Assembly: GCA_946404585.1 (NCBI GenBank)
Contig: CAMJEC010000003.1
Span: 1 to 35,821, forward strand
Length of the DNA: 35,821 bases
Direction: 5' to 3'
Origin: an uncultured Bacillales bacterium
Lineage (GTDB): Bacteria > Bacillota_I > Bacilli_A > RFN20 > CAG-826
Shown: in pieces, positions 25,579 through 34,993 of the stretch
Layout of the letters: every line of letters begins with the position of its first letter
How positions within the stretch are numbered: the first letter of the stretch is position 1
Made by a program: the position numbers and the translations under genes
The notes under the pieces: generated by a model
What the model was told of the DNA's origin: nothing
The model's input: only the letters and a program-made list of their open reading frames with translations
Databases searched by the model: none

Positions 25579-27400
25579 AGTAGTAATAATCTCCTTCCTC
25601 AGTGAATTTTAAGTATGTTGGGTCGGTTGTGGCTGTTGGTTCATCAAATAATTTGAAGAAGTCATCAGCGACCTTTTCAGGAACAAGACGTGTTAATGTT
25701 GGGGACATTGCACCAGTAATAGCGTTCTTTGTGGTGTATTCAGCATCACGGTTATATTCTTGGAGTTCTAACATTTCTGTATATGTTCTCCAGTCTTCCG
25801 CTAAACCTTGTTCTTGCTTATAAGCATTGTTTTCTTGTTGAGCTTTGATATAAGCGTCAATTCGATCACCTAAACCTTCAGCAGCATCTTTGAATTCGAT
25901 GGAGACTTGGGTCTTGAGGTAGTTGTATAAACGATAGTCATATGTTTTGTCGAAGGACTTAACATTATTTAAGATATCGTCTGCACGTGTTTTGTAATCA
26001 GAAATTTCAGAGCTTTGGATGTAGTTGACATAGGATCTGGCGTTTGGATTGTAGCCTTCTTCACCTGGTAATTTTGTATCGTAGTATGTGGCGAATTCAG
26101 CGTAATCATACATGGATTCTTCAATGACCATGAAGTGAATACCGAATTGGCTACGAACACCAACGATAACGTTACCTTTTTCATCAACTAAGTAACCTTG
26201 AGCGTTGAATCTTGGTAAGTTTGCATCGTAAACAGTGTTACTAGCGAGATTATCAAATTCATCACTTGGGTTAGCTAATGTGCTGTAGTCAGCTCTCTTA
26301 GCATTCTTGATAACGAAAACGTTATGTAAGTTGAAGTACTTATTCCAAACAATGTTTCTTGGATATAAAGCAGTGGAACCACCGGCTAATTTATTCTTAT
26401 TAGCATCGGTTGTAACTTCAGCGTATTCACCAAGTTTAACGAAAGCTTCGTATGGAACTTCAACGACGTTCGCTGGTAAAGCGTTTTTGACATCATCAGT
26501 GATACCTAAACCGGCTTTGATTGTTGCAGCAGCAGCATCAGCAGCGTTAGCGGCATCATAAAGGTTGTCATAAGCATATAAACCTAAGCGGAATTCGTTG
26601 ACCATTGTTTGACCGATGGAAGAAGCAACGTTTGTAACGATACCAACATCGCCACCTTTATCAGCGGATGTATCTTCACTCTTTAAAGCGGTTTCAGTGA
26701 ATGTCTTTTCACCTTTGGCCAAAGTTTGAACGACATCGTAAAGTTTCTTAGATTGTTCTTCGGAAATTGTACCTTTATAGAACTTTTCATCGGCGTTGCC
26801 AGCTTCATCAACCTTCACTAAGATATGACGGATGTGATATGGCATAGCTGGTTTGACATCTTTTTCAGCGGATGTACCATCAGCTTTGATACCTAAGAAT
26901 TCTTCTTTTAAACCTTCAGCTGTGTATTCGTCAGCGAACCAGGTTTGCATGACAGATTTTTCTTCTTCGTAGATGAAATATTCTTTTAAGCCTTTTTCAT
27001 CTTCGACATTTTTACTTTCGAGGATTGCTTTCCACTCAGTGTCGTAACTGGTACCATTGTTCTTGGCGTTTTTATCAGCTTGTGCTTTTTGTTCTTTGAC
27101 TTGGTTTGTAGCCCATTTTTCAATTTCGTCGTAATTCTTTTCGCCTTTAAAGCCTTTTTCTTTAAATTCATAACGAATTAAGACTTCTAAGATTTTGTCA
27201 TAGAACTTGCTGATACCATTTGTTGTACCGTTGTAGGCATTGTAAACATCGTCAGTTAAAAGAGCGATCTTTTCTTTACTACCGTAAGGAGTAAATGTAG
27301 CGATTGCTTTTTTATCTGAAGTGACGTTGCCACAAGCGGACAAAGCCATAGCAGCAATGAAGCCAGTAACTAGTGTTATTGATAGTTTACTTTTCTTCAT
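25571..27400 (-). CDS. Large PrsA-like lipoprotein with parvulin PPIase motifs
   Basis: Lipobox LSAC; HIRHILVK, SEDTSADKGGDVG, MVNEF, VRSQFGIHFM; ATG 27400 has SD AAGGAG. Confidence 0.8.
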   Translation of the reverse strand: MKKSKLSITLVTGFIAAMALSACGNVTSDKKAIATFTPYGSKEKIALLTDDVYNAYNGTTNGISKFYDKILEVLIRYEFKEKGFKGEKNYDEIEKWATNQVKEQKAQADKNAKNNGTSYDTEWKAILESKNVEDEKGLKEYFIYEEEKSVMQTWFADEYTAEGLKEEFLGIKADGTSAEKDVKPAMPYHIRHILVKVDEAGNADEKFYKGTISEEQSKKLYDVVQTLAKGEKTFTETALKSEDTSADKGGDVGIVTNVASSIGQTMVNEFRLGLYAYDNLYDAANAADAAAATIKAGLGITDDVKNALPANVVEVPYEAFVKLGEYAEVTTDANKNKLAGGSTALYPRNIVWNKYFNLHNVFVIKNAKRADYSTLANPSDEFDNLASNTVYDANLPRFNAQGYLVDEKGNVIVGVRSQFGIHFMVIEESMYDYAEFATYYDTKLPGEEGYNPNARSYVNYIQSSEISDYKTRADDILNNVKSFDKTYDYRLYNYLKTQVSIEFKDAAEGLGDRIDAYIKAQQENNAYKQEQGLAEDWRTYTEMLELQEYNRDAEYTTKNAITGAMSPTLTRLVPEKVADDFFKLFDEPTATTDPTYLKFTEEGDYYYYA

Positions 27401-27434
27401 TTTTAACTCTCCTTTTTCAAATAACAGCGCGAAT

Positions 27435-27463
27435 ATTATAAATATTCTAATTTTTTTATGCAA
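27435..27463 (-). promoter_or_regulatory. Sigma-A promoter of the lipoprotein pair
   Basis: Minus strand TTGCAT-N17-TATAAT. Confidence 0.7.
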
Positions 27464-27533
27464 CAAGTTTGTTAACAAACCGCTTCTTATCGTATGAAAA
27501 GCATGCTCTTAAAAACAAAAATTATCGTATCGT

Positions 27534-27562
27534 TTGCTTATATAGTTTCTTATAAGTAGAAT
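27534..27562 (+). promoter_or_regulatory. Sigma-A promoter of the suf operon
   Basis: TTGCTT-N17-TAGAAT. Confidence 0.6.
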
Positions 27563-27588
27563 ATTTCACGGAATTTGAGGTAAGAGGT

Positions 27589-28407
27589 ATGTCTACTTTA
27601 AAAATAATCAACTTACACGCTAGTGTTGACGGAAAAGAAATACTTAAAGGCGTAAACCTTGAAGTCTCTGAAGGCGAGACAGTAGCGTTACTTGGTCCTA
27701 ACGGACACGGCAAATCGACACTTTTAAGTGTCATCATGGGTCATCCAAGATACGAAGTCACAGAAGGCAGCATTTATTTTGATGATAAAAATGTCTTAGA
27801 GTTATCTGTTGACGAACGTTCTAAACTTGGATTGTTCTTAGGCATGCAATCACCTAGTGAGATTCCAGGTGTCATTAACTCTGACTTTCTAAAGGCCGCA
27901 GTTAATGCCCGCAGAGAAAAACCAATTTCTACATATAATTTTTATAAAGTATTAGACCAAGCCACAAAAGAATTAAAAATGCCATTCGATTTAGCGACTA
28001 GATCATTAAACGAAGGTTTCTCCGGTGGTGAAAAGAAAAGAAATGAAATCCTTCAAATGGAATTATTAAAACCAAAACTCGCGATGCTTGATGAAATCGA
28101 CTCTGGTTTAGACGTTGATGCTATGCAAGTTGTTGCTGATGTCATTAATAAAGAAAAAGCTGAAGGTCATGGTTTCCTTGTGATTTCTCACTATGCTCGT
28201 TTGTTTGACATGATCCACCCAACAAGAGCGGTCGTTATGATTAATGGTCGTATCGTTTTAGATGGTGGTCCAGAAATCTTCAAACGTATTGACCAAACTG
28301 GCTATGAATTCATCAAGACAGAATATGGTGTCAATATTGAAAAAGACGATGTTGAAATGAATAAAGTTTCCATCGGTACATGCGCTGTGAAGGAAAGCAT
28401 TAAGTAA
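27589..28407 (+). CDS. sufC: Fe-S assembly ATPase
   Basis: GPNGHGKSTL, LNEGFSGGEKKRNEILQ, LDEIDSGLDVDA. Confidence 0.97.
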   Translation: MSTLKIINLHASVDGKEILKGVNLEVSEGETVALLGPNGHGKSTLLSVIMGHPRYEVTEGSIYFDDKNVLELSVDERSKLGLFLGMQSPSEIPGVINSDFLKAAVNARREKPISTYNFYKVLDQATKELKMPFDLATRSLNEGFSGGEKKRNEILQMELLKPKLAMLDEIDSGLDVDAMQVVADVINKEKAEGHGFLVISHYARLFDMIHPTRAVVMINGRIVLDGGPEIFKRIDQTGYEFIKTEYGVNIEKDDVEMNKVSIGTCAVKESIK

Positions 28408-28408
28408 T

Positions 28409-29206
28409 ATGGAAAGAACTATTATTTCCAACGTCAAAAATACTATCTCCAGTGGTGATTATTTCATCGATGGTGCTTTTCTATCTGGTGAGAAAGTCGA
28501 AATCGAAATAGAGGTTAATTCAATTTGCGATATTCTTTTAGATAATTTAAAAGATATTAAAGATTTAAATATTGTTATTAATCAAGATAGTAATGTTAGA
28601 TTATCATTCATCGCTGAAGATGAAATGAAATCATCAAATATCAATATTACAGTGAAGAATAACGCAACACTTAATGGCTATTTCGCTGATTTTGCAGAGA
28701 AAACACTAGAACATCACTGTAAGGTCAACTTAGTGGAAGAAGGTGCTACATGCACATATAAAGTAGCTTCTTTAGTCGCTGGTGAAGATAAAAAACTAGT
28801 GGATGTTTCTATCGATCATGTTTCACCAAGAACGTATGGTAAATTTGATTGCTATGGAATCTGCAAAGATAAAGGTAAAATTGTCGTCGCTGGTACATCT
28901 CACGTCTTTAAAGGCGCGGTGAAAAGTAAAGCGCAACAAAATTCTAAAATTATGGTCTTTGATGAAAGCAGTGATGCTTCCACAAAACCAGTTTTAAAAA
29001 TTGATGAAAACGATCTTGAAGCCAGCCATGGCTCAGTCGTCGGTAAGATAAATGATGATCACTTATTCTACTTAACTTCACGTGGATTAAGTGAAGAAAC
29101 TGCTAAAGAATTAATTACTTGGGGTTACTTAAACCCAATTCTTGAAGGCTTCAAAGAAGAAGACGTCAAAAATCATATTTCTTCTTTAATTGAAAGGAGA
29201 ATGTAA
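28409..29206 (+). CDS. sufD: Fe-S assembly protein SufD (short form)
   Basis: P.LKIDENDLEASHG..VG, LFYLTSRGL; position between sufC and sufS. Confidence 0.88.
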   Translation: MERTIISNVKNTISSGDYFIDGAFLSGEKVEIEIEVNSICDILLDNLKDIKDLNIVINQDSNVRLSFIAEDEMKSSNINITVKNNATLNGYFADFAEKTLEHHCKVNLVEEGATCTYKVASLVAGEDKKLVDVSIDHVSPRTYGKFDCYGICKDKGKIVVAGTSHVFKGAVKSKAQQNSKIMVFDESSDASTKPVLKIDENDLEASHGSVVGKINDDHLFYLTSRGLSEETAKELITWGYLNPILEGFKEEDVKNHISSLIERRM

Positions 29207-29207
29207 T

Positions 29208-30437
29208 ATGTACGACGTTTATAAGATTAGAAAAGAGTTCCCAATGTTAACAGGTGATATCAAGATGCAAAATAAGCCTCTTGTTTTCCTTGATAACTGC
29301 TCAACCACATTCAAACCACAATGTGTCATCGATGCAATCACTGAATATTATACAAAGTATAATAGTAATTCTCATCGTGGGGATTATGACTTATCTTATA
29401 AAGTTGACGTCATGATTGAAGATGCACGTAAGGAAGTTGCTACTTTAGTGAACGCTGAACAAAACGAAGTTGTTTTCACTGATGGGGCAACTGGTGCATT
29501 AAATTTAGTGGCCTATGGCTATGGCTTAAAGTTCCTTAAAAAAGGTGATGAAATCGTCATCAGTGTTGCAGAACATGCTTCTAATGTTCTTCCTTGGTTT
29601 AGAATCGCCGAATTAACAGGCGCGGTTATTAAATACGTTGACATCGTTGATGGCAAGATCCTTCCAGAGAACTTAAGAAAAGTCATGAGCAAGAACACTA
29701 AGATTGTTTCTTTAGCCCAAGTCGGTAATGTCTTAGGCTATGTCGCAGATGTGAAAGAATTTGCCAAGATTGCCCATGAATTTGGTGCAATTATGGTCGT
29801 CGATGGCGCTCAATCTGTACCACACTTAAAAGTCGATTTTAAGGACCTTGGTATCGATTTTCTCGCTTTTTCAGCGCATAAAATGTGTGGTCCAACCGGT
29901 GTTGGTGCTCTCGTTGGTAGATATGAACTATTAAACGCTATGGATCCATTTGTTTCTGGTGGTGGTATGAATTCAATCTTTAAAAAAGATGGTACTGTTG
30001 ATTACCGTCTACCTCCATACAAATTTGAAGCGGGTACACTTAATATCGCTGGTATTTTAGGCTTTGGTCGCGCGGTTAAATTTATTAAAGAAATCGGTAT
30101 TGAAAATATTCATAAACACGACGAAGAATTAATCGATTACGCTATCGAAAAGCTTAAAGATTATGAAAATATCATTATCTACAATAAGGATGCAAGAAAC
30201 GGTATCTTAACATTCAATATTAAAGGCGTTTTCCCACAAGATGAATCCACATTACTTAACTATAAAGGTATTGCCATTCGTTCTGGTGAACACTGCGCTA
30301 AATTATTAGATAACTATTTAGATACAAAAGCGACATGTAGAATGTCGATTTACTTATATACGTCAAAAGAAGACATCGATACATTCGTCGATGCAATTAT
30401 TAATGGAGGTGACATTTTAGATGCCTACTTTAACTAA
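29208..30437 (+). CDS. sufS: Cysteine desulfurase
   Basis: VVDGAQS, FSAHKMCGPTG, RSGEHCA; ATG 29208 after AAGGAG. Confidence 0.93.
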   Translation: MYDVYKIRKEFPMLTGDIKMQNKPLVFLDNCSTTFKPQCVIDAITEYYTKYNSNSHRGDYDLSYKVDVMIEDARKEVATLVNAEQNEVVFTDGATGALNLVAYGYGLKFLKKGDEIVISVAEHASNVLPWFRIAELTGAVIKYVDIVDGKILPENLRKVMSKNTKIVSLAQVGNVLGYVADVKEFAKIAHEFGAIMVVDGAQSVPHLKVDFKDLGIDFLAFSAHKMCGPTGVGALVGRYELLNAMDPFVSGGGMNSIFKKDGTVDYRLPPYKFEAGTLNIAGILGFGRAVKFIKEIGIENIHKHDEELIDYAIEKLKDYENIIIYNKDARNGILTFNIKGVFPQDESTLLNYKGIAIRSGEHCAKLLDNYLDTKATCRMSIYLYTSKEDIDTFVDAIINGGDILDAYFN

Positions 30438-30849
30438 CGATATGATGAGATCCATCATCATGGACCATTATTCTGATCCACAAAATAAACACCAACCTCC
30501 TAAGGAAGGCTATGAAAAAGTCCATATGCACTCTGATAACTGCATTGATGATTTAGATATCTTTTTACTCGTAGAAGGTAACATTATCACTGATGCTTGC
30601 TTTGATGGAACAGCTTGCACAATCTCAACATCAAGTACAGATATTATGTGTGATTTATTAAAAGGAAAAGAAATCACTGAAGGCAGAAAGATTATCGATG
30701 CCTTCCATCATATGATGCACGAAGAAGAATTCGATGCAGAATTACTAGATGAAGCAATCGTGTTTATTAACACAAGTAAACAAGCAGCACGAATCAGATG
30801 CGCAACCATCGGTTGGAATGCCGCAGAAGAGATTCTAAAGGATAAGTAA
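30421..30849 (+). CDS. sufU: SUF sulfur-transfer protein
   Basis: IIMDHY..P.N, CID, FDG.ACTIS, RIRCA. Confidence 0.92.
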   Translation: MPTLTNDMMRSIIMDHYSDPQNKHQPPKEGYEKVHMHSDNCIDDLDIFLLVEGNIITDACFDGTACTISTSSTDIMCDLLKGKEITEGRKIIDAFHHMMHEEEFDAELLDEAIVFINTSKQAARIRCATIGWNAAEEILKDK

Positions 30850-30850
30850 T

Positions 30851-32251
30851 ATGTCAAAAGACGAAGTTAAATTCCAAGAAGATTATAAATACGGTTTCAA
30901 AGACAAAGATACTTCTATTGTTAACACAGGCATTGGTCTTACCGAAGAAGTTGTTAGACAAATATCCAAGTTAAAAGGCGAACCAGAATGGATGCTTGAG
31001 TTCAGGCTCAAAGCTTTTAAAGCATTCCAGGAAATGCCTATGCCAAGTTTTGGTCCAGATTTATCAATGCTCAATTTTGATTCCTATACATACTTTACTC
31101 GTATGGCTAATGGTGAAGCAAAATCATGGGACGATGTTCCTGAAACTGTTAAAAACACTTTCCAAAAATTAGGTATCCCAGAAGCAGAACAAAAATATCT
31201 TGCTGGTGTATCCACTCAATATGAATCCGAAGTTGTTTACCATAACATGCTTAAAGAAGTGGAAGAAAAAGGTGTTATTTTCCTTTCCACAGATATGGGT
31301 TTAAAACTTTATCCTGAAATCTTTAAGAAATATTTTGGTACAGTAGTGCCAATTAGAGATAACAAATTCTCCGCTTTAAATGGTGCTTGCTGGTCAGGTG
31401 GCTCTTTCGTTTATGTACCAAAAGGTGTGCATTTAGAAAAGCCACTACAATCCTATTTCAGAATTAACAATGAAAAGACTGGCCAATTTGAAAGAACATT
31501 AATCATCGTTGATGAAGGCGCAGATGTCCACTACGTGGAAGGTTGTACTGCTCCAGCATATTCTAAAGAATCATTACACTCAGGTGTGGTGGAAATTATT
31601 GTTTTAAAGAACGCTAAATGCCGTTATTCCACAGTGCAAAACTGGAGCACAAATATCGTTAACTTAGTTACTCAAAGAGCCATTTGCTATGAAGGTGCTT
31701 CTATGGACTGGATTGATGGTAACGTTGGTTCAGGCACCAATATGAAATATCCAGCGGTTATCTTAGCTGGGGAAGGCGCTAAAGGTACATGTATCTCTAT
31801 CGCTGTCGCTGGTAAGGGTCAATATCAAGATGCTGGTTCAAGAATGATTCACTTAGCAAGTAATACCTCATCCACAATTATTTCTAAATCAATTGTTAAG
31901 GGTGGTGGTGTTGCTAACTATCGTGGCACCGTTAGACACATGAAAAACGCTAAAAACTGCAGAAGCCATGTTGAATGCGATACTTTAATTCTTGATGAAC
32001 AATCTTATAGTGATACCATTCCAAATAACGAAGTTAAAAATAATACTTCCTATATTGAACATGAAGCCACAGTGAGTAAAATATCTGAGGATCAATTATT
32101 CTATTTGATGTCACGTGGTATTTCTGAAAAAGATGCCACTCAAATGATTATCATGGGATTCATTGAACCATTCAGTAAAGAACTCCCAATGGAGTATGCA
32201 GTTGAATTAAATCAACTTATTAAAATGGATATGGAAGGTAGTGTCGGTTAA
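30851..32251 (+). CDS. sufB: Fe-S assembly scaffold
   Basis: [59 protein letters not shown]. Confidence 0.98.
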   Translation: MSKDEVKFQEDYKYGFKDKDTSIVNTGIGLTEEVVRQISKLKGEPEWMLEFRLKAFKAFQEMPMPSFGPDLSMLNFDSYTYFTRMANGEAKSWDDVPETVKNTFQKLGIPEAEQKYLAGVSTQYESEVVYHNMLKEVEEKGVIFLSTDMGLKLYPEIFKKYFGTVVPIRDNKFSALNGACWSGGSFVYVPKGVHLEKPLQSYFRINNEKTGQFERTLIIVDEGADVHYVEGCTAPAYSKESLHSGVVEIIVLKNAKCRYSTVQNWSTNIVNLVTQRAICYEGASMDWIDGNVGSGTNMKYPAVILAGEGAKGTCISIAVAGKGQYQDAGSRMIHLASNTSSTIISKSIVKGGGVANYRGTVRHMKNAKNCRSHVECDTLILDEQSYSDTIPNNEVKNNTSYIEHEATVSKISEDQLFYLMSRGISEKDATQMIIMGFIEPFSKELPMEYAVELNQLIKMDMEGSVG

Positions 32252-34122
32252 TGTTTGATTACGATGTAATTGTTGTTGGTGGTGGACATGCAGGCCTAGA
32301 GGCCGCTTTTGCTTGTGCCCACATGAACAAGAAGACATTACTTTTAACCTTAAATAAAGAAATGATTGGCAATATGCCATGCAATCCTTCTATCGGTGGT
32401 TCCGCAAAAGGTATTGTCGTTAGAGAAATCGATGCGTTAGGTGGCATGATGGGTATTGCGGCCGATCATCATTACTTACAATTGAAAATGCTTAATACTG
32501 GTAAAGGCCCTGGCGTTCAATGTCTAAGAGCCCAACAAGATAAGCTTGAATATCCTAAATATTGGCAAGAATTAGTGGCCAAAGAAGATAACCTTACTTT
32601 AGAAGAAGGCATGGTTACCGCTTTAATCTGTGAAAACAATGCAATTCACGGTGTAATTCTCGAAAACGGCGCAAAAGTCCGCTCAAAATGTGTAATTTTA
32701 ACAACTGGTACCTATATGGAAAGTCAGATTTTCCGTGGTCACGATGTTAAAGATGAAGGCCCAGATGGACAAAAGCCATCCTTAGGTCTTTCTCCATTCT
32801 TAAGAAGTATTGGTATTGAAACATTTAGACTTAAAACCGGTACTCCTCCAAGAATCAAAAGAGACTCAATCGACTTTAGTAAAGCTACCCCTCAACCAGG
32901 GACAAATAAGCACTTAGCCTTCTCTTATGAAACAAAGGAATTCATTCCAATTGAAGAGCAAGAACTCTGCTATTTGGTTTACACTACACCAAGAACACAT
33001 GAAATCATTAAAGAACACTTAAAAGATTCTGCTTTATTTAGTGGTTTAGTGACTGGTGTAGGTCCAAGATATTGCCCATCTATTGAATCAAAAATTGTTA
33101 CTTTTGCGGATAAAGAAAGGCACCAATTATTCTTAGAACCAGAATCTAGATATACCGATTCTATTTACTTACAAGGCTTCTCAACATCTATGCCTGTTGA
33201 AGTCCAAGAAGAAATGGTGCGTTCTTTACCAGGTTTTGAAAATGCTGTTTTCCTTAAATACGCATACGCGATTGAATATGACGCTATTAGAACAGAAGAA
33301 TATGGTTCAAATCTTGAAATCAAGAAATGGCCAGGTTTATTCATCGGTGGCCAAATCTGTGGCACATCTGGTTATGAAGAAGCCGCTGCTCTTGGTTTAA
33401 TGGCGGGTATTAACGCTTGCCTTAAAATCGATGGTAAGGAACCATTAGTGCTCCGCCGTGATCAAGCCTATATCGGTGTCATGATTGATGACTTAGTTAC
33501 TAAAGGTACAGAAGAACCATACCGTTTAATGTCATCACGCGCGGAATTCCGCTTAATCTTAAGACACGATAACGCTGATATGAGATTAACCGAAATCGGT
33601 CATGATATTGGCTTAATTAAAGAAGAGAGATATTCTCACTACATTAACAAAGTTAATAACATTAATAAAGTTATCGAAATTCTTAAATCTATTTATTTAG
33701 GTTCTAGAAAAGATATCAATGAATGGTTAGAAAGCATTAATTCAAATCCACTTCAAGGTGGCATCCAAGCTTTTGAACTATTAAAAAGACCAGAAGTATC
33801 TTATGTTGATTTAGTGAAGTTTGTTCCTGAAATCCAAGATATCGAATTAGATGAATTCGCAATTGAAGAAGTGGAAATCATCGCTAAATATGAAGGCTAT
33901 ATTGTTAAGCAAATTAGAGAAGCTAAAAATATGGCGAAATTAGAAGAAATGAAAATCCCTAGTGATATGGATTTCTTAAATATGGATGGTTTAGCCTTGG
34001 AGGCTAGACAAAAACTAAATAAAGTGAGACCAATTACCATCGGTCAAGCCTCTCGCATATCTGGTGTTAATCCAAGTGATATCAGTGTTTTAATCTTTAA
34101 TGTGAGGAAGATCCATGAATAA
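32251..34122 (+). CDS. mnmG: tRNA uridine-5-carboxymethylaminomethyl modification enzyme
   Basis: GGGHAG.EAA, MPCNPSIGG, RLKTGTPPR, GPRYCPSIE, GTSGYEEAAA, GQASRISGVNP. Confidence 0.98.
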   Translation: MFDYDVIVVGGGHAGLEAAFACAHMNKKTLLLTLNKEMIGNMPCNPSIGGSAKGIVVREIDALGGMMGIAADHHYLQLKMLNTGKGPGVQCLRAQQDKLEYPKYWQELVAKEDNLTLEEGMVTALICENNAIHGVILENGAKVRSKCVILTTGTYMESQIFRGHDVKDEGPDGQKPSLGLSPFLRSIGIETFRLKTGTPPRIKRDSIDFSKATPQPGTNKHLAFSYETKEFIPIEEQELCYLVYTTPRTHEIIKEHLKDSALFSGLVTGVGPRYCPSIESKIVTFADKERHQLFLEPESRYTDSIYLQGFSTSMPVEVQEEMVRSLPGFENAVFLKYAYAIEYDAIRTEEYGSNLEIKKWPGLFIGGQICGTSGYEEAAALGLMAGINACLKIDGKEPLVLRRDQAYIGVMIDDLVTKGTEEPYRLMSSRAEFRLILRHDNADMRLTEIGHDIGLIKEERYSHYINKVNNINKVIEILKSIYLGSRKDINEWLESINSNPLQGGIQAFELLKRPEVSYVDLVKFVPEIQDIELDEFAIEEVEIIAKYEGYIVKQIREAKNMAKLEEMKIPSDMDFLNMDGLALEARQKLNKVRPITIGQASRISGVNPSDISVLIFNVRKIHE

Positions 34123-34816
34123 AGAAACATTTGTTAAAGAATTGAATAATCGTGGTATTAACTGCAACGAACAACAATTAGAACTCTTATGGGATTTCAT
34201 GAGACATGTTTTAAAAACAAATGAAAGTTTTAATCTTACTGCGATTAAAGATGAAGAATCATTCGTGGAAAAGATGCTCTTTGATAGTGCGCTTCTTTTA
34301 AGCAATCAAAACTTTGAAGGATTAGATATTTTAGATATCGGTGCTGGGGCTGGTTTCCCAAGTGTTGTCTTATCAATTCTTTCTCCAAAAGCCCATGTTT
34401 TTGCCCTCGATAGCACCGCTAAAAAAGTGAAGTTCATTGAAGACTACGCTAAGGAAAAGAGCTTAGACGTCACTGGAATAGCGGCTCGTGCAGAAGAATT
34501 TGCTAGGGAAAATAGAGATAGATTTATGGTGGTTACTGCTAGAGCGGTTGCCTCTTTAAGAATCCTTATTGAATTAGCGGTTCCTCTCCTTAAAGTTGGT
34601 GGTGTATTTATCGCCATGAAAGGCCCGGGTTTTGAACAAGAAATCGCAGAAGCTCAAGGCGCTTTGAAGAAGCTTAACTGTGAAATTGATTATATCTATG
34701 AAGATCAATTACCAGAATCAAAAGAAAATAGATCATTTATTTATATTAAAAAGATAAAAGAAACACCCAAAAAATACCCACGTTTATATGGGGAAATAAA
34801 AAATAAAGCATTATAG
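34115..34816 (+). CDS. rsmG: 16S rRNA m7G527 methyltransferase
   Basis: NLTAI, LDIGAGAGFP, RAEE, VTARAVA, TPKKYPR. Confidence 0.96.
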   Translation: MNKETFVKELNNRGINCNEQQLELLWDFMRHVLKTNESFNLTAIKDEESFVEKMLFDSALLLSNQNFEGLDILDIGAGAGFPSVVLSILSPKAHVFALDSTAKKVKFIEDYAKEKSLDVTGIAARAEEFARENRDRFMVVTARAVASLRILIELAVPLLKVGGVFIAMKGPGFEQEIAEAQGALKKLNCEIDYIYEDQLPESKENRSFIYIKKIKETPKKYPRLYGEIKNKAL

Positions 34817-34850
34817 TATTTTATTTGTTAAATAAGGGTATATAATAGTA

Positions 34851-34960
34851 ATCACTTCAGGGCAGCGAAAAGCGACCGGCGGTAAACCCCGCGAGCCTCA
34901 AGAGGAGGCAGGAACTTGTGAAATTCAAGTGGCGACAGTAAAGTCTGGATGAAAGAAGTA
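34851..34960 (+). ncRNA. FMN (RFN) riboswitch aptamer, variant P2
   Basis: CTTCAGGGCAG..GACCGGCGGTAAA..CCGCGAG..GTGAAATTC..CGACAGTAAAGTCTGGATG.AAGAAG; TATAAT at 34841. Confidence 0.92.
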
Positions 34961-34967
34961 CGTTTTT

Positions 34968-34993
34968 TAGGCCTTGGGAAAGGTCTATTTTTT
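34968..34993 (+). terminator. Riboswitch expression platform hairpin (terminator and/or SD sequester)
   Basis: TAGGCCTT-ggga-AAGGTCTA followed by T6 immediately before ATG 34994. Confidence 0.7.

Noticed and set aside
27401-27478. Longer N-termini from the ORF track (also 7289, 15320, 18806, 29190, 34949)
   Set aside because: These extensions run through promoters, terminators, the riboswitch or upstream genes; downstream ATGs fit SD or homology patterns better
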